Shown: positions 7,506 to 16,803, counted from the first letter of the stretch. The stretch: DNA of 17,771 bases from Pseudobacteriovorax sp. (GCA_050293845.1 JBNKNM010000108.1:1-17771); one strand, 5' to 3'. A program made the numbers and translations. The notes: a model not told the origin generated them from the letters alone.

Positions 7506-7818
7506 TCTCAGTCGGTTAGATTTTCCGATTGCAATAATAAACCTCGGAAGCATGACAGAAATTTCCTTGTTTAAGTTGGCTCTATTAGCGAATGGAATGT
7601 AGAACGGAAGCTATGATGAAACGAGAAATCCAGTACTGTGATGTTAATCTACTCGAAGGAAAAACTGCGGAATGCTTTCCCAGCTTAGATATCATTAGAA
7701 ACTAAAATTTCCAATAAATACAAAAAGAAAAGACCACGTCGATGACAGCTCTTTCAGCTGATAGGTATATATTTTCTTAAAACTGGAATGGCAATGGCAA
7801 AACTAGAGAGGACACCAT

Positions 7819-10191
7819 ATGAGCCTTCACACTTATCATTCCCCGAACTTTGACCATGAAACAAATCCCTCCGACAGCAAGGTGGCAAAAGTATATGTCA
7901 CCAAGCGTAGTGGGCAAAAGGAATTATTGAGCCAAAAGAAATTACTAAAAGCCGTACAATCATATTGCCAGGACTTAAGCTATATTGATCCAAATTTCAT
8001 AGTTAATAAGGTAATTCGCGGGCTTTACAATGGTGTAACCACTGCTGAAATCGATAGCCTGCTGATCCAAAATGCTGCCATGTCCACAAGTGATGAGCCG
8101 CAATATTCAAAGTTAGCTGCCAGAATTCTTAAGTCTTCCCTTGTGGATGAGGTTACCAAACAAGGGATACTCCATTTTACAGACTCCATCCAGCATGGCT
8201 ATAAGGTTGGACTTATCGCGGAAGCAACATACTCTTTTGTAATGGCAAACAAAGAGGAATTGAATCTTGCTATTGACTCTGGAAAATCAAAAAATTTCGA
8301 ATATTTCGGACTCAGAACTGTCTACGACCGCTACCTTCTTAAAGACCCTAAAACCAGAAAAGTCTTCGAAACCGACCAGTATTTTTTCTTAAGAGTAGCC
8401 TGTGGCCTTGCCAAAACAGCAGCCGAAGCCATCGAGTTTTATCATCTTATATCTTCCTTTGAGTATATGCCGAGCACACCAACCCTCTTTAACTCGGCAA
8501 CAATGCGCCCTCAAATGTCATCCTGCTATCTTTTGGACTCACCTCAAGATAGCCTAGACTCCATTTATGACAAGTACAAAGATGTCGCTCTGCTTTCTAA
8601 ATTTGCTGGAGGTATTGGCTTAGCTTATCATCGCGTAAGATCCCATGGTTCGTTGATTAGGGGAACTAATGGTCGTTCTAACGGCATTATTCCTTTTTTA
8701 AAAACATTGGACTCTTCAGTGGCCGCTGTGAACCAGGGGGGCAAACGTAAAGGTGCCGCATGCATTTACTTAGAGTCTTGGCATGCCGATGTTTTGGACT
8801 TTTTACAACTCCGTGAAAACACGGGTGATGAATCGCGACGTACGCACAACCTCAATATTGCTAACTGGATTCCTGATCTGTTTATGCAACGTGTCGAAAG
8901 CAATGAGCTTTGGTCTTTATTCGACCCCCAAGATGTTCCAGAGTTTCCTGATATCTACGGAGAAAAGTTCAATGCCGCCTACATTGCCGCTGAAAAAGCA
9001 GGACTCGCTAAAAAGCAAGTAAAAGCCCGCGAGCTATATGCCGCCATGATGAAATGTTTAGCACAAACAGGCAACGGCTGGATGACCTTTAAAGATTCGT
9101 CTAATAGTAAATGCAATCAGGTTAATAGCAATAAGGAAAATGTGGTTCACCTTTCCAATTTGTGTACTGAAATTATTGAAGTTACTTCCCAGCAAGAAAC
9201 TGCCGTATGTAATCTGGGCTCTATTAATCTATCTCGCTACGTTAAAGATAATGGTATTGATTACGACAAGCTTGCCCACAACGTATTTACTGCTGTCAAG
9301 TATCTGGATCGAGTTATCGATATTAATTTTTATCCTATCGACCCAGCTGCCTGCTCTAACTCCCGATGGCGCCCTGTTGGTCTCGGACTGATGGGACTTC
9401 AGGATACTTTCTTTAAATTGGATCTGCCTTTCGACAGTGAAGCAGCCAAGGAAATATCACGACGGGTGCAAGAAGAGATCTACTACAACGCATTAAAAGC
9501 TTCTTGTGAACTAGCTAAAGTCCATGGCCCCCATGAATCTTTTAAACAAACACGAGCAGCTCAAGGAGAGCTACAGTTTGATCTTTGGCATGTCAAGCCT
9601 AGCCATCCTCAACGTTGGCAAGAGTTGCGCCAAGACATCTTAAAATACGGTCTTCGCAATTCCCTACTTATTGCCATCGCCCCAACTGCTACCATAGCTT
9701 CCATTTGTGGCTCATATGAGTGTATCGAGCCGCAAATTTCTAATCTTTTCAAGCGGGAAACTTTATCGGGCGAGTTTATTCAGGTTAATACCTACCTAGT
9801 GTCTAAGCTAAAAGAACTTAATATCTGGAATGAAGATATTAAAACTAAAATCAAGTTAGCTGAAGGATCTATTCAAAATATTACTGAAATTCCTGAATCA
9901 GTGCGACAGATCTTCAGAACCGCCTGGGAAATTCCCATGCGCTCCCTTATCGATATGGCTGCCGAGCGCGGTGCATTTATTGATCAAAGCCAATCACTGA
10001 ACCTTTTTATTGAGAGCCCAACCATTGGCAAGCTATCGTCCATGTATAATTATGCTTGGAAAAAAGGTTTAAAGACCACCTATTACTTGCGTTCACGAGC
10101 AGCTACAAAAATTAACAAAACAACAGTTTCAAGCTCCGCGGCTATTGCCTGTTCTTTGGAAAACCCTGAACTCTGCGAAGCTTGTCAATAA
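7819..10191 (+). CDS. nrdA: Ribonucleoside-diphosphate reductase class Ia, alpha subunit, with N-terminal ATP cone
   Basis: ATP cone VTKRSG, PSTPTLFN, MSSCYL, QGGKRKGA, catalytic SNLCTEI, APTAT, KTTYYLR and C-terminal CEACQ redox pair; GAGAGGA RBS. Confidence 0.98.
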   Translation: MSLHTYHSPNFDHETNPSDSKVAKVYVTKRSGQKELLSQKKLLKAVQSYCQDLSYIDPNFIVNKVIRGLYNGVTTAEIDSLLIQNAAMSTSDEPQYSKLAARILKSSLVDEVTKQGILHFTDSIQHGYKVGLIAEATYSFVMANKEELNLAIDSGKSKNFEYFGLRTVYDRYLLKDPKTRKVFETDQYFFLRVACGLAKTAAEAIEFYHLISSFEYMPSTPTLFNSATMRPQMSSCYLLDSPQDSLDSIYDKYKDVALLSKFAGGIGLAYHRVRSHGSLIRGTNGRSNGIIPFLKTLDSSVAAVNQGGKRKGAACIYLESWHADVLDFLQLRENTGDESRRTHNLNIANWIPDLFMQRVESNELWSLFDPQDVPEFPDIYGEKFNAAYIAAEKAGLAKKQVKARELYAAMMKCLAQTGNGWMTFKDSSNSKCNQVNSNKENVVHLSNLCTEIIEVTSQQETAVCNLGSINLSRYVKDNGIDYDKLAHNVFTAVKYLDRVIDINFYPIDPAACSNSRWRPVGLGLMGLQDTFFKLDLPFDSEAAKEISRRVQEEIYYNALKASCELAKVHGPHESFKQTRAAQGELQFDLWHVKPSHPQRWQELRQDILKYGLRNSLLIAIAPTATIASICGSYECIEPQISNLFKRETLSGEFIQVNTYLVSKLKELNIWNEDIKTKIKLAEGSIQNITEIPESVRQIFRTAWEIPMRSLIDMAAERGAFIDQSQSLNLFIESPTIGKLSSMYNYAWKKGLKTTYYLRSRAATKINKTTVSSSAAIACSLENPELCEACQ

Positions 10192-10201
10192 AGGATTTGA
10201 A

Positions 10202-11200
10202 ATGCTATTAGATCATGGTTTAGACCTTACCTTACGTCCTATGAAGTATCCTACATTTTACGAAATGTATAAAGATGCTATTAAAAATACGTGGACTGTT
10301 GATGAAGTCGATTTGTCTTCAGATATTTCAGATTTACGCGAAAAAATTTCCCCCGCTGAGCAGCATCTTATTAAACGCTTAGTGGCATTTTTCGCGACAG
10401 GGGACTCCATTGTCTCCAATAATCTTGTATTAAATCTATATAAGCACATTAATGCTCCTGAAGCCAGGATGTATCTATCACGACAGCTTTATGAAGAAGC
10501 CCTTCATGTTCAATTTTACCTAACTCTACTAGACACCTATCTCCCTGACGAAAAGGATAGGGAAGAGGCTTTTTCTGCGATCAACAACATCCCATCGATT
10601 AAGGCCAAAGCCGATTTTTGTTTTAAGTGGATTGACTCCATCAATAGTTTAGATATTTTGGAGAGTACAGAAGATCGACGGAAATTTTTATTAAACCTTA
10701 TTTGCTTTGCCACCTGTATTGAAGGATTATTTTTCTTCGCCGCCTTCGCTTACGTATATTTTCTGCGTTCCAAAGGTCTTCTCCATGGTCTGGCTTCGGG
10801 AACAAACTGGGTTTTTCGTGACGAGAGCTGCCATATGAATTTTGCCTTTGAGGTTATTGAAACAGCACGTCGTGAAGAACCCGAACTGTTTAACGATACC
10901 CTTAAACAATCCATTTATAAGATGATTGATGAAGCTGTCGAATGTGAGATGATTTTCGCTAATGATGTATTGCAATTAGGTGTTGCCGGCCTTTCTGCAA
11001 GCGATATGCGACAGTATTTGCAATATGTAGCCAATCAAAGATTAATCTCACTGGGCCTATCGCCGGTATACCAGGCAAAAAATCCTTTTTCCTTTATGGA
11101 GCTTCAGGATGTCCAAGAACTTACCAACTTTTTCGAGAGACGCGTGGCAGCCTATCAGATAGGAGTGTCCGGAGAAGTTAGTTTTAACGAAGACTTTTAA
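10202..11200 (+). CDS. nrdB: Ribonucleoside-diphosphate reductase class Ia, beta subunit
   Basis: FFATGD, EEALHVQFY (radical Tyr retained), IEGLFF, RDESCH and NFFERRV..Y motifs. True start is ATG 10202 after AAGGA, 10 bp after the nrdA stop. Confidence 0.97.
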   Translation: MLLDHGLDLTLRPMKYPTFYEMYKDAIKNTWTVDEVDLSSDISDLREKISPAEQHLIKRLVAFFATGDSIVSNNLVLNLYKHINAPEARMYLSRQLYEEALHVQFYLTLLDTYLPDEKDREEAFSAINNIPSIKAKADFCFKWIDSINSLDILESTEDRRKFLLNLICFATCIEGLFFFAAFAYVYFLRSKGLLHGLASGTNWVFRDESCHMNFAFEVIETARREEPELFNDTLKQSIYKMIDEAVECEMIFANDVLQLGVAGLSASDMRQYLQYVANQRLISLGLSPVYQAKNPFSFMELQDVQELTNFFERRVAAYQIGVSGEVSFNEDF

Positions 11201-11209
11201 CTCTCCGTG

Positions 11210-11245
11210 GGGGCTTCTTTGCAACAGCTGAAGCCCTATATTTTT
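11210..11245 (+). terminator. Probable intrinsic terminator of nrdAB
   Basis: GGGCTTC (11211-11217) pairs with GAAGCCC (11230-11236), followed by TATATTTTT. Confidence 0.6.
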
Positions 11246-11366
11246 AAGTCGCGTGCTTAGCTCGATAAAACATAACTTATCTCCAGATTCAACTCTGTAA
11301 GGTAATACTTACTCCCCGCATCTATTTTAAAATTAACCATAGATTCCTCTGTTCAGACAGTAAAAA

Positions 11367-12920
11367 TCATGATTTGGTCGGTGTTTCATCATGCTTCCAA
11401 TCTACGGAGTATAGATCATGGCGGCGATCCAATAGATTACGTACCGCTCCATTAGCTCGCGCCTCCAGAAGACTATCGATACGCAAATCAGCAATGGCCA
11501 CCATCTCAACGTTTGGTGAGGTATCGGCGGCAATGCCATCCCGCGCAAATGGATAGTCACAAGGAGTAAGAATACAGCTTTGGGCATATTGAATATCGAT
11601 GTTACGCACGCGGGGAAGATTACCGACATTACCGGCCATAGCCACATAGATTTGATTTTCAATAGCTCTAGCCTGGCAGCAGAATTTAACGCGACAGTAG
11701 GCCTGACGATTATCCGTCAAAAAAGGGACAAATAAAAATTGCATGCCTTGATTCACTAAATGCCTCGCCAGTTCAGGGAATTCTGAGTCGTAACAAATCA
11801 AAACCCCAATGGGACCACAGTCTGTCTGAATAACATTAACCTCATCACCACCTTCAATTTTCCACCAGTATTTTTCATCTGGTGTGGGATGAATTTTGGC
11901 TTGCTCATGAATGCTGCCATCACGCAAGCAAATATAAGATATATTGTGAACTCTTTCCCCGACCCGCGTCGGGTGAGATCCAGCTATGATATTAACGTTA
12001 TATTTAATGGCCAGCGATTGAAATAGCTCTTTGATCGCTGCGGTGTATTCGCTCATACTTTCAATGGCCTGATCTGCTGAGATCTCTTCATTTTTTATAC
12101 TGAGCAGTTGCATGGTAAACAACTCGGGGAATAACAGAAAATCGGCGCGATAATCACCAGCCACATCGACATAATACTCCACAATTTGCGCAAACTCATC
12201 AAAGCTTCTAACCCGGCGGAGCTGATATTGCACAGATACCACGCGGATGGAGTTCTTAGGTATCGGTTTATTTCCTGAGTTCTCCATAGCCGTATACTCA
12301 GGGTTATCCCACTTCAGATGCACCGCATATCCTAAGCTTGCAGTATCACTAGGTAAATAATGAGGAAGCACCCCTATGACCTCGAAACCATTGCGGATAT
12401 GGAACCCCAAAGTACTATCACTGATTTTCTTATCCAAAACCTGCTGAATATATTCCTCAGGGGACCTTACCTGATTCTTAAACTTGGAGAAATTGGGGAT
12501 ACGCCCACCAAATACTATTCCCTTAAGCTTCCGATACTTTACCAGCTGCTGGCGAGCATTATAAATACGTTGGCCGATTCTCTGGCCACGCATGGTAGGA
12601 TCGACACAAGTTTCATAACCATAAAGTATATTACCATGGGGATTATGAGTGGCACCGTAACCATTAGCTGTGATCTGTCTCCAGGTGTGGGGTTTGTAAG
12701 CCACTTCCTCATCCACTAAAATGCTGGCTGAATAAGCTACAATCAAATCATTGGACTGAACCACAAAGACTCCTTCACGAAAGTGAGAGATATGGGCTCG
12801 CACCATTTCTTTTTTATAGTTACCTAATCCCTTATAGACACGAGAAACCAGACCGACAATACCATCAACATCATCAAAGGTTGCGTTACGAATCTCTAAT
12901 ATGCCTTCTTCTTGAGCCAT
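11367..12920 (-). CDS. Bifunctional GNAT N-acetyltransferase / carbon-nitrogen hydrolase (nitrilase-fold) protein
   Basis: N-terminal GNAT with acetyl-CoA motif VDP.MRGQRIG and GGRIP; C-terminal nitrilase triad FPELF (E), QAKIH (K), ICYDSEFPE (C). ATG 12920 has GGAGA upstream. Confidence 0.93.
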   Translation of the reverse strand: MAQEEGILEIRNATFDDVDGIVGLVSRVYKGLGNYKKEMVRAHISHFREGVFVVQSNDLIVAYSASILVDEEVAYKPHTWRQITANGYGATHNPHGNILYGYETCVDPTMRGQRIGQRIYNARQQLVKYRKLKGIVFGGRIPNFSKFKNQVRSPEEYIQQVLDKKISDSTLGFHIRNGFEVIGVLPHYLPSDTASLGYAVHLKWDNPEYTAMENSGNKPIPKNSIRVVSVQYQLRRVRSFDEFAQIVEYYVDVAGDYRADFLLFPELFTMQLLSIKNEEISADQAIESMSEYTAAIKELFQSLAIKYNVNIIAGSHPTRVGERVHNISYICLRDGSIHEQAKIHPTPDEKYWWKIEGGDEVNVIQTDCGPIGVLICYDSEFPELARHLVNQGMQFLFVPFLTDNRQAYCRVKFCCQARAIENQIYVAMAGNVGNLPRVRNIDIQYAQSCILTPCDYPFARDGIAADTSPNVEMVAIADLRIDSLLEARANGAVRNLLDRRHDLYSVDWKHDETPTKS

Positions 12921-13214
12921 GGCTAGTTCTCCAACACTTATTATTATTTTCCAGGCTAGCAAAATATTGCTACAGTCGTTACATGTCTTTATGACATTAT
13001 TTCAGGTAGCTAACACCCGCAAGAATGGGGTAATCAGGAAAATTTTTTAACTGCAAAAAGTTAAGCTTATGGCCGTTTCATGAGTGAGAGTTCTCAGGCA
13101 GCTCTCTTTTGAGAGCTTTATTAGTACAATCACGCAGGTCATATCCAAATTTCTAGAGGCTGTTTCTCATTCCACAACAAATAGCTTAAAATTAAGCACA
13201 GGAGATGTTCCTAT

Positions 13215-14207
13215 ATGTTAAACTTTACTTTTTTGAAGCAACTGATACTATGCACATCTGTTTTCTATACACTTGACGCTATGGCTGAAAAGTACAGACC
13301 CACGAATCCCCAAGATCTCGATGCCTTTGATGCTATTATGGATGTATTCGAGGGAAATCATCCCCGCACCATTATCAGTCGCTATGCTAGCCTCACCACC
13401 TCTGAGCAGAACTTTATCTGGGACTATTATAAAGCCAATGAAGGTGTCGAATATATTAACGGAAGACAAGTTAGAGCTACCGGTAAAAGAAGGCATTTTT
13501 GGGTACGATCAGCCTATCAGCATAGTCAACCTTTACTTGATCGCAACAAAAGCACATGGGATTACGCATTTGTGCAGAAATATATAGATGAGCTATATAT
13601 TACTGCATTTAAAGAATCTACAGAGCTCAGCTATCATATTCCCTTTTTTCTATTTTCCAATGGAGTCAGTAATAGCGACATTAGCAAGTTTCAACCTTAC
13701 TTAAATAAATTGAGTCTTGATGAATATGAAATTATAGACCCTATTGTTATTGTCGATAAGTTACCAGGAGGAAGAGCTTCAGGAGGGGGTTATTTTCCTC
13801 CCCATAAGATGGGTCAGTGGTTAGGCCGCGAACACAACACTGGTATTACCGATGATGAGATTTATGACTATTTTCTAGATCGTAACCGTGGCATCATTGC
13901 TATCACCAAAGCCTCTCTGTATACGTCATACTACCAGTACACTCTCTTGCATGAAGTAGCACATAGTATCGATCATTACTTCGACATTATACCTGCTGGA
14001 GCCACTATTGCTGACTTTGCCGGTCAAAAATACAAGCAACCAAGGGTGGGTGAATACGCTGCGGAAGTATATTCACGCTATCTCGTAAACCCTAATCGTG
14101 TTTGCCGAAGAGATCACCTTCCTGCTAATGAAACAATGAGGTCGTGTTCGCAAAGAACCATACTTTTTTTAAATACAGCACCAGCATTTATAGACCGAAC
14201 ATTATAG
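13215..14207 (+). CDS. Secreted putative zinc metallopeptidase
   Basis: Signal-peptide-like N-terminus ending DAMA; TLLHEVAHSIDH (HEXXH) and downstream GEYAAEVY (third-ligand Glu); AGGAG RBS. Confidence 0.65.
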   Translation: MLNFTFLKQLILCTSVFYTLDAMAEKYRPTNPQDLDAFDAIMDVFEGNHPRTIISRYASLTTSEQNFIWDYYKANEGVEYINGRQVRATGKRRHFWVRSAYQHSQPLLDRNKSTWDYAFVQKYIDELYITAFKESTELSYHIPFFLFSNGVSNSDISKFQPYLNKLSLDEYEIIDPIVIVDKLPGGRASGGGYFPPHKMGQWLGREHNTGITDDEIYDYFLDRNRGIIAITKASLYTSYYQYTLLHEVAHSIDHYFDIIPAGATIADFAGQKYKQPRVGEYAAEVYSRYLVNPNRVCRRDHLPANETMRSCSQRTILFLNTAPAFIDRTL

Positions 14208-14221
14208 AAACTATAAATAAG

Positions 14222-14261
14222 GCCAGTTTTTCATAAACTTGAATTGATCTAGAAAACTGGC
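14222..14261. repeat. 9-bp inverted repeat after the peptidase gene, possible terminator or stabilising stem
   Basis: GCCAGTTTT (14222-14230) and AAAACTGGC (14253-14261) with a 22-nt spacer; no strong T tract. Confidence 0.4.
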
Positions 14262-14509
14262 TCTATATTATGACTTCCACCTCATTAAGCTCTTTCTAAT
14301 TGGCTCTGATTTCTTATTTTTCCCTTCTTGTTACTATTTACACATTTCAAATAATTTGGGTACTTTTTCTAGTGTTTACTCTCAGGAATTTTTTGCAAAC
14401 TAGCAGCCTTGAAGGCTTCTTAGATTGAATTTAATAAGGGTCCTTACTACAAAAAATAAGCAATTATTTTATAAATAATAGAGAAAATGCTATAAGGGTA
14501 GCTTTAATT

Positions 14510-15964
14510 ATGATTATAGAAGTAAAAATATTACCTAACTATCTGTCGAGATGGGGCAGTGCTTTGCTAGATTATTCATCGTATATATCTTGTTCACCTA
14601 TAGGATTCGCAGCAAACACTCAGAATACTGTGAACAACACAACATCCTTGGATGAACTTGCCAACAGTTTACTAGAAGATGTAAAAGATGGTCAAAATAC
14701 TGATAACAGTCCTCCAAAAGATCAATTTATTACTACAAAAGGTCATCGATTCTACTTAAATAACAAGCCCTATCAATATATGGGTACCAATTTTTGGCAA
14801 GCCATGAACCTTGCCAGCAATGGGCCGGGGGGGAATCGTCCCCAGCTTCTGAGAGAACTTGACAATCTCAAAGCCCACAGCATAACCAATCTCCGCATTA
14901 TGTGCGCCTCGGAAGGTCCCAACACAGAGCCCTTAAGAAGCATCCCTTCCTTACAGAAACAACCCGGCATCTATGACGAAGATCTCCTGGATGGCTTGGA
15001 TTTTCTATTGAAATCCATGGGTGAGAGAGGGATGAAGGCTATCATGGTCTTGGGCAATATGTGGCACTGGAGCGGTGGTTTCGGACAGTACTTGGTGTGG
15101 TCTGGTGTTGCCGATAAGATCCCTTATCCCCCACCTGCAGAGTATGGAAATTGGGATCAATACCAAAGATTTACTTCTCAATTTTATAGCAATCCACAAG
15201 CTGTTTATCACTATCTCAAACATATAAAATTCATCGTTAAAAGATTTAATCAATATACAAATTTGTTTTATAAAGATGATCCTACGATCATGGCTTGGGA
15301 ATTAGCAAATGAACCCCGCGCCATAGAGGAGGGTTCCGCCTACCATAACTGGATTTCCATAAGTTCCTATTTCATCAAAGCGCTTGACCGCAGACACTTG
15401 GTCACAACTGGTAGCGAAGGTGATACGTCTACTCCAAGCTATTCAGGGATAGATTACTACAAGGATCATTTATGTAAGAATATCGACTATGGAACCGCTC
15501 ATATTTGGATTCAAAATTGGGGGTGGTATGACCCCTTACAACCCGAAAACACCTATAACGATGCTTTTAAATTGTTAAAAACTTATCTTGATAGCCATAT
15601 TAGGAGAACCTTAAAACTAGGAAAACCTATTGTCATCGAGGAGTTTGGTATCGCCAGAGATAAAAATAATTATAACCCGACAGCCTCCACACAATGGCGG
15701 GACAAATATCTCAAAGACATGTTCGAAGAGCTCTATAAGCGCGCCGAAGAAGGGGCTCTGGCAGGTGGTAATTTCTGGGCCTGGGCTGGAGAATCACGCC
15801 CCTTGCCTCCCTATGGACTTTGGTGGAAAAAAGGCGATCCTATGATCGGTGACCCTCCCCATGAACAGCAAGGTTGGTATAGTGTTTATGATACTGATAC
15901 CTCAACACTTTCCATCATCCGTGAATATGCAGAAAAATTCAACAAGCTCTTCCCAATGGACTAG
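14510..15964 (+). CDS. Glycoside hydrolase family 5 beta-mannanase/mannosidase (GH5_7-like); 5' end uncertain
   Basis: G.NFW, NLRI...EG, N.W.WSGG..QY, WELANEPR (acid/base Glu), EEFG..RD (nucleophile Glu), NFWAW.G and GDPPHE.QGWYSVYD motifs. Confidence 0.92.
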   Translation: MIIEVKILPNYLSRWGSALLDYSSYISCSPIGFAANTQNTVNNTTSLDELANSLLEDVKDGQNTDNSPPKDQFITTKGHRFYLNNKPYQYMGTNFWQAMNLASNGPGGNRPQLLRELDNLKAHSITNLRIMCASEGPNTEPLRSIPSLQKQPGIYDEDLLDGLDFLLKSMGERGMKAIMVLGNMWHWSGGFGQYLVWSGVADKIPYPPPAEYGNWDQYQRFTSQFYSNPQAVYHYLKHIKFIVKRFNQYTNLFYKDDPTIMAWELANEPRAIEEGSAYHNWISISSYFIKALDRRHLVTTGSEGDTSTPSYSGIDYYKDHLCKNIDYGTAHIWIQNWGWYDPLQPENTYNDAFKLLKTYLDSHIRRTLKLGKPIVIEEFGIARDKNNYNPTASTQWRDKYLKDMFEELYKRAEEGALAGGNFWAWAGESRPLPPYGLWWKKGDPMIGDPPHEQQGWYSVYDTDTSTLSIIREYAEKFNKLFPMD

Positions 15965-16149
15965 GTAGCATCGCCACCATGAAGAACCCGTAAAAAATGG
16001 CTAAGAGTTCTAGTGCAAAAAACCTCAAGGCATCGTGGCTTTTGTTATCGGAGACAGCTAGATCATATACCAAGTCAATGATGCTGATATTAATATAGAA
16101 GGGATTGTCGTATTTGGAAGGGGTTAGAGATTTTTAATTGGGCATGATG

Positions 16150-16183
16150 AAAAGCCAGTGTCAGAAGGTGCAAGACACTAGCT
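16150..16183 (-). terminator. Probable intrinsic terminator for the minus-strand gene(s)
   Basis: The minus strand reads AGCTAGTGTC-11 nt-GACACTGGCT-TTT: a 10-bp stem whose single imperfect pair is G-U only on this strand. Confidence 0.55.
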
Positions 16184-16252
16184 CATTAGGAACTGGTCAT
16201 TGAAATATCTCAAGGAATGGGCATAGAGCCAAGCAATTGACTCTTCATGGAT

Positions 16253-16603
16253 TTAACAGCCTTCATCTTCTTCATCAGCTATGTCATCATCATCTTCATC
16301 ATCTTCATCATCTTTTTCATCGTATTGACACTGCACGTCGATAAAATCACCGGCTTTATATTCAACGAAGTCCTCAGATGTAATTAATGCTTTTCTACCA
16401 TCTTTGATACGCACCAGTTTACCATCTATTGACCCATCATTTTCATCTGTTAGGGTTACCATATCCCCTTCAATAATATAGCTTTGTTCAGCTTTTGTAA
16501 GTTTAACGAGGAGTTTTCCACTCTTAACTTTTAGAACTTTGGCAGCAAAAAGAAAGTCTGAATATAATAGGGAAAGGGTAAGCAAAAAAAGGATACGTTT
16601 CAT
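16253..16603 (-). CDS. Small exported protein with an acidic C-terminal tail
   Basis: ATG 16603 has GGAG upstream and gives signal peptide MKRILFLLTLSLLYSDFLFA; a small beta-rich domain follows, then DEKDDEDDEDDDDIADEEDE. Confidence 0.7.
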   Translation of the reverse strand: MKRILFLLTLSLLYSDFLFAAKVLKVKSGKLLVKLTKAEQSYIIEGDMVTLTDENDGSIDGKLVRIKDGRKALITSEDFVEYKAGDFIDVQCQYDEKDDEDDEDDDDIADEEDEGC

Positions 16604-16803
16604 ATTCAACTCCAAATCAACAGAACAAACAACAGCAAATCGCAATTTTAATAATGCAAAAGGGATACCAAAAGAATATCTAATGATTTCACATGACAAT
16701 ACTGAATAAAGTGCTTAACACTGTCATTGTATTTTACAATAATGGAGTATGAGTGAAACATTGGTATTTTTGCAGGAAGGAAGCTTCACCGGGATCTAAA
16801 AAA

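Noticed and set aside
7510..7818. Cobalamin riboswitch in the nrdA leader, as known for some class Ia nrdAB operons
   Set aside because: No AGGGAA-CGGTG-AA-CCG core or B12 box is visible; only a short AATCC..ACTGT similarity.
10145..10201. nrdB N-terminal extension overlapping nrdA
   Set aside because: ATG 10202 has an RBS and matches the usual start of this NrdB type.
10202..11200. Class Ic or metal-free (Ie) beta subunit, or an intein/intron in nrdAB
   Set aside because: The first Asp ligand, all Glu/His ligands and the radical Tyr are present; both ORFs are of normal length and uninterrupted.
13005..13050. c-di-GMP-I / cGAMP riboswitch-like GCTAA-CACCC-GCAA-GAATGG
   Set aside because: The stem pairs poorly and the conserved GACGCAAAG and following stem are absent.
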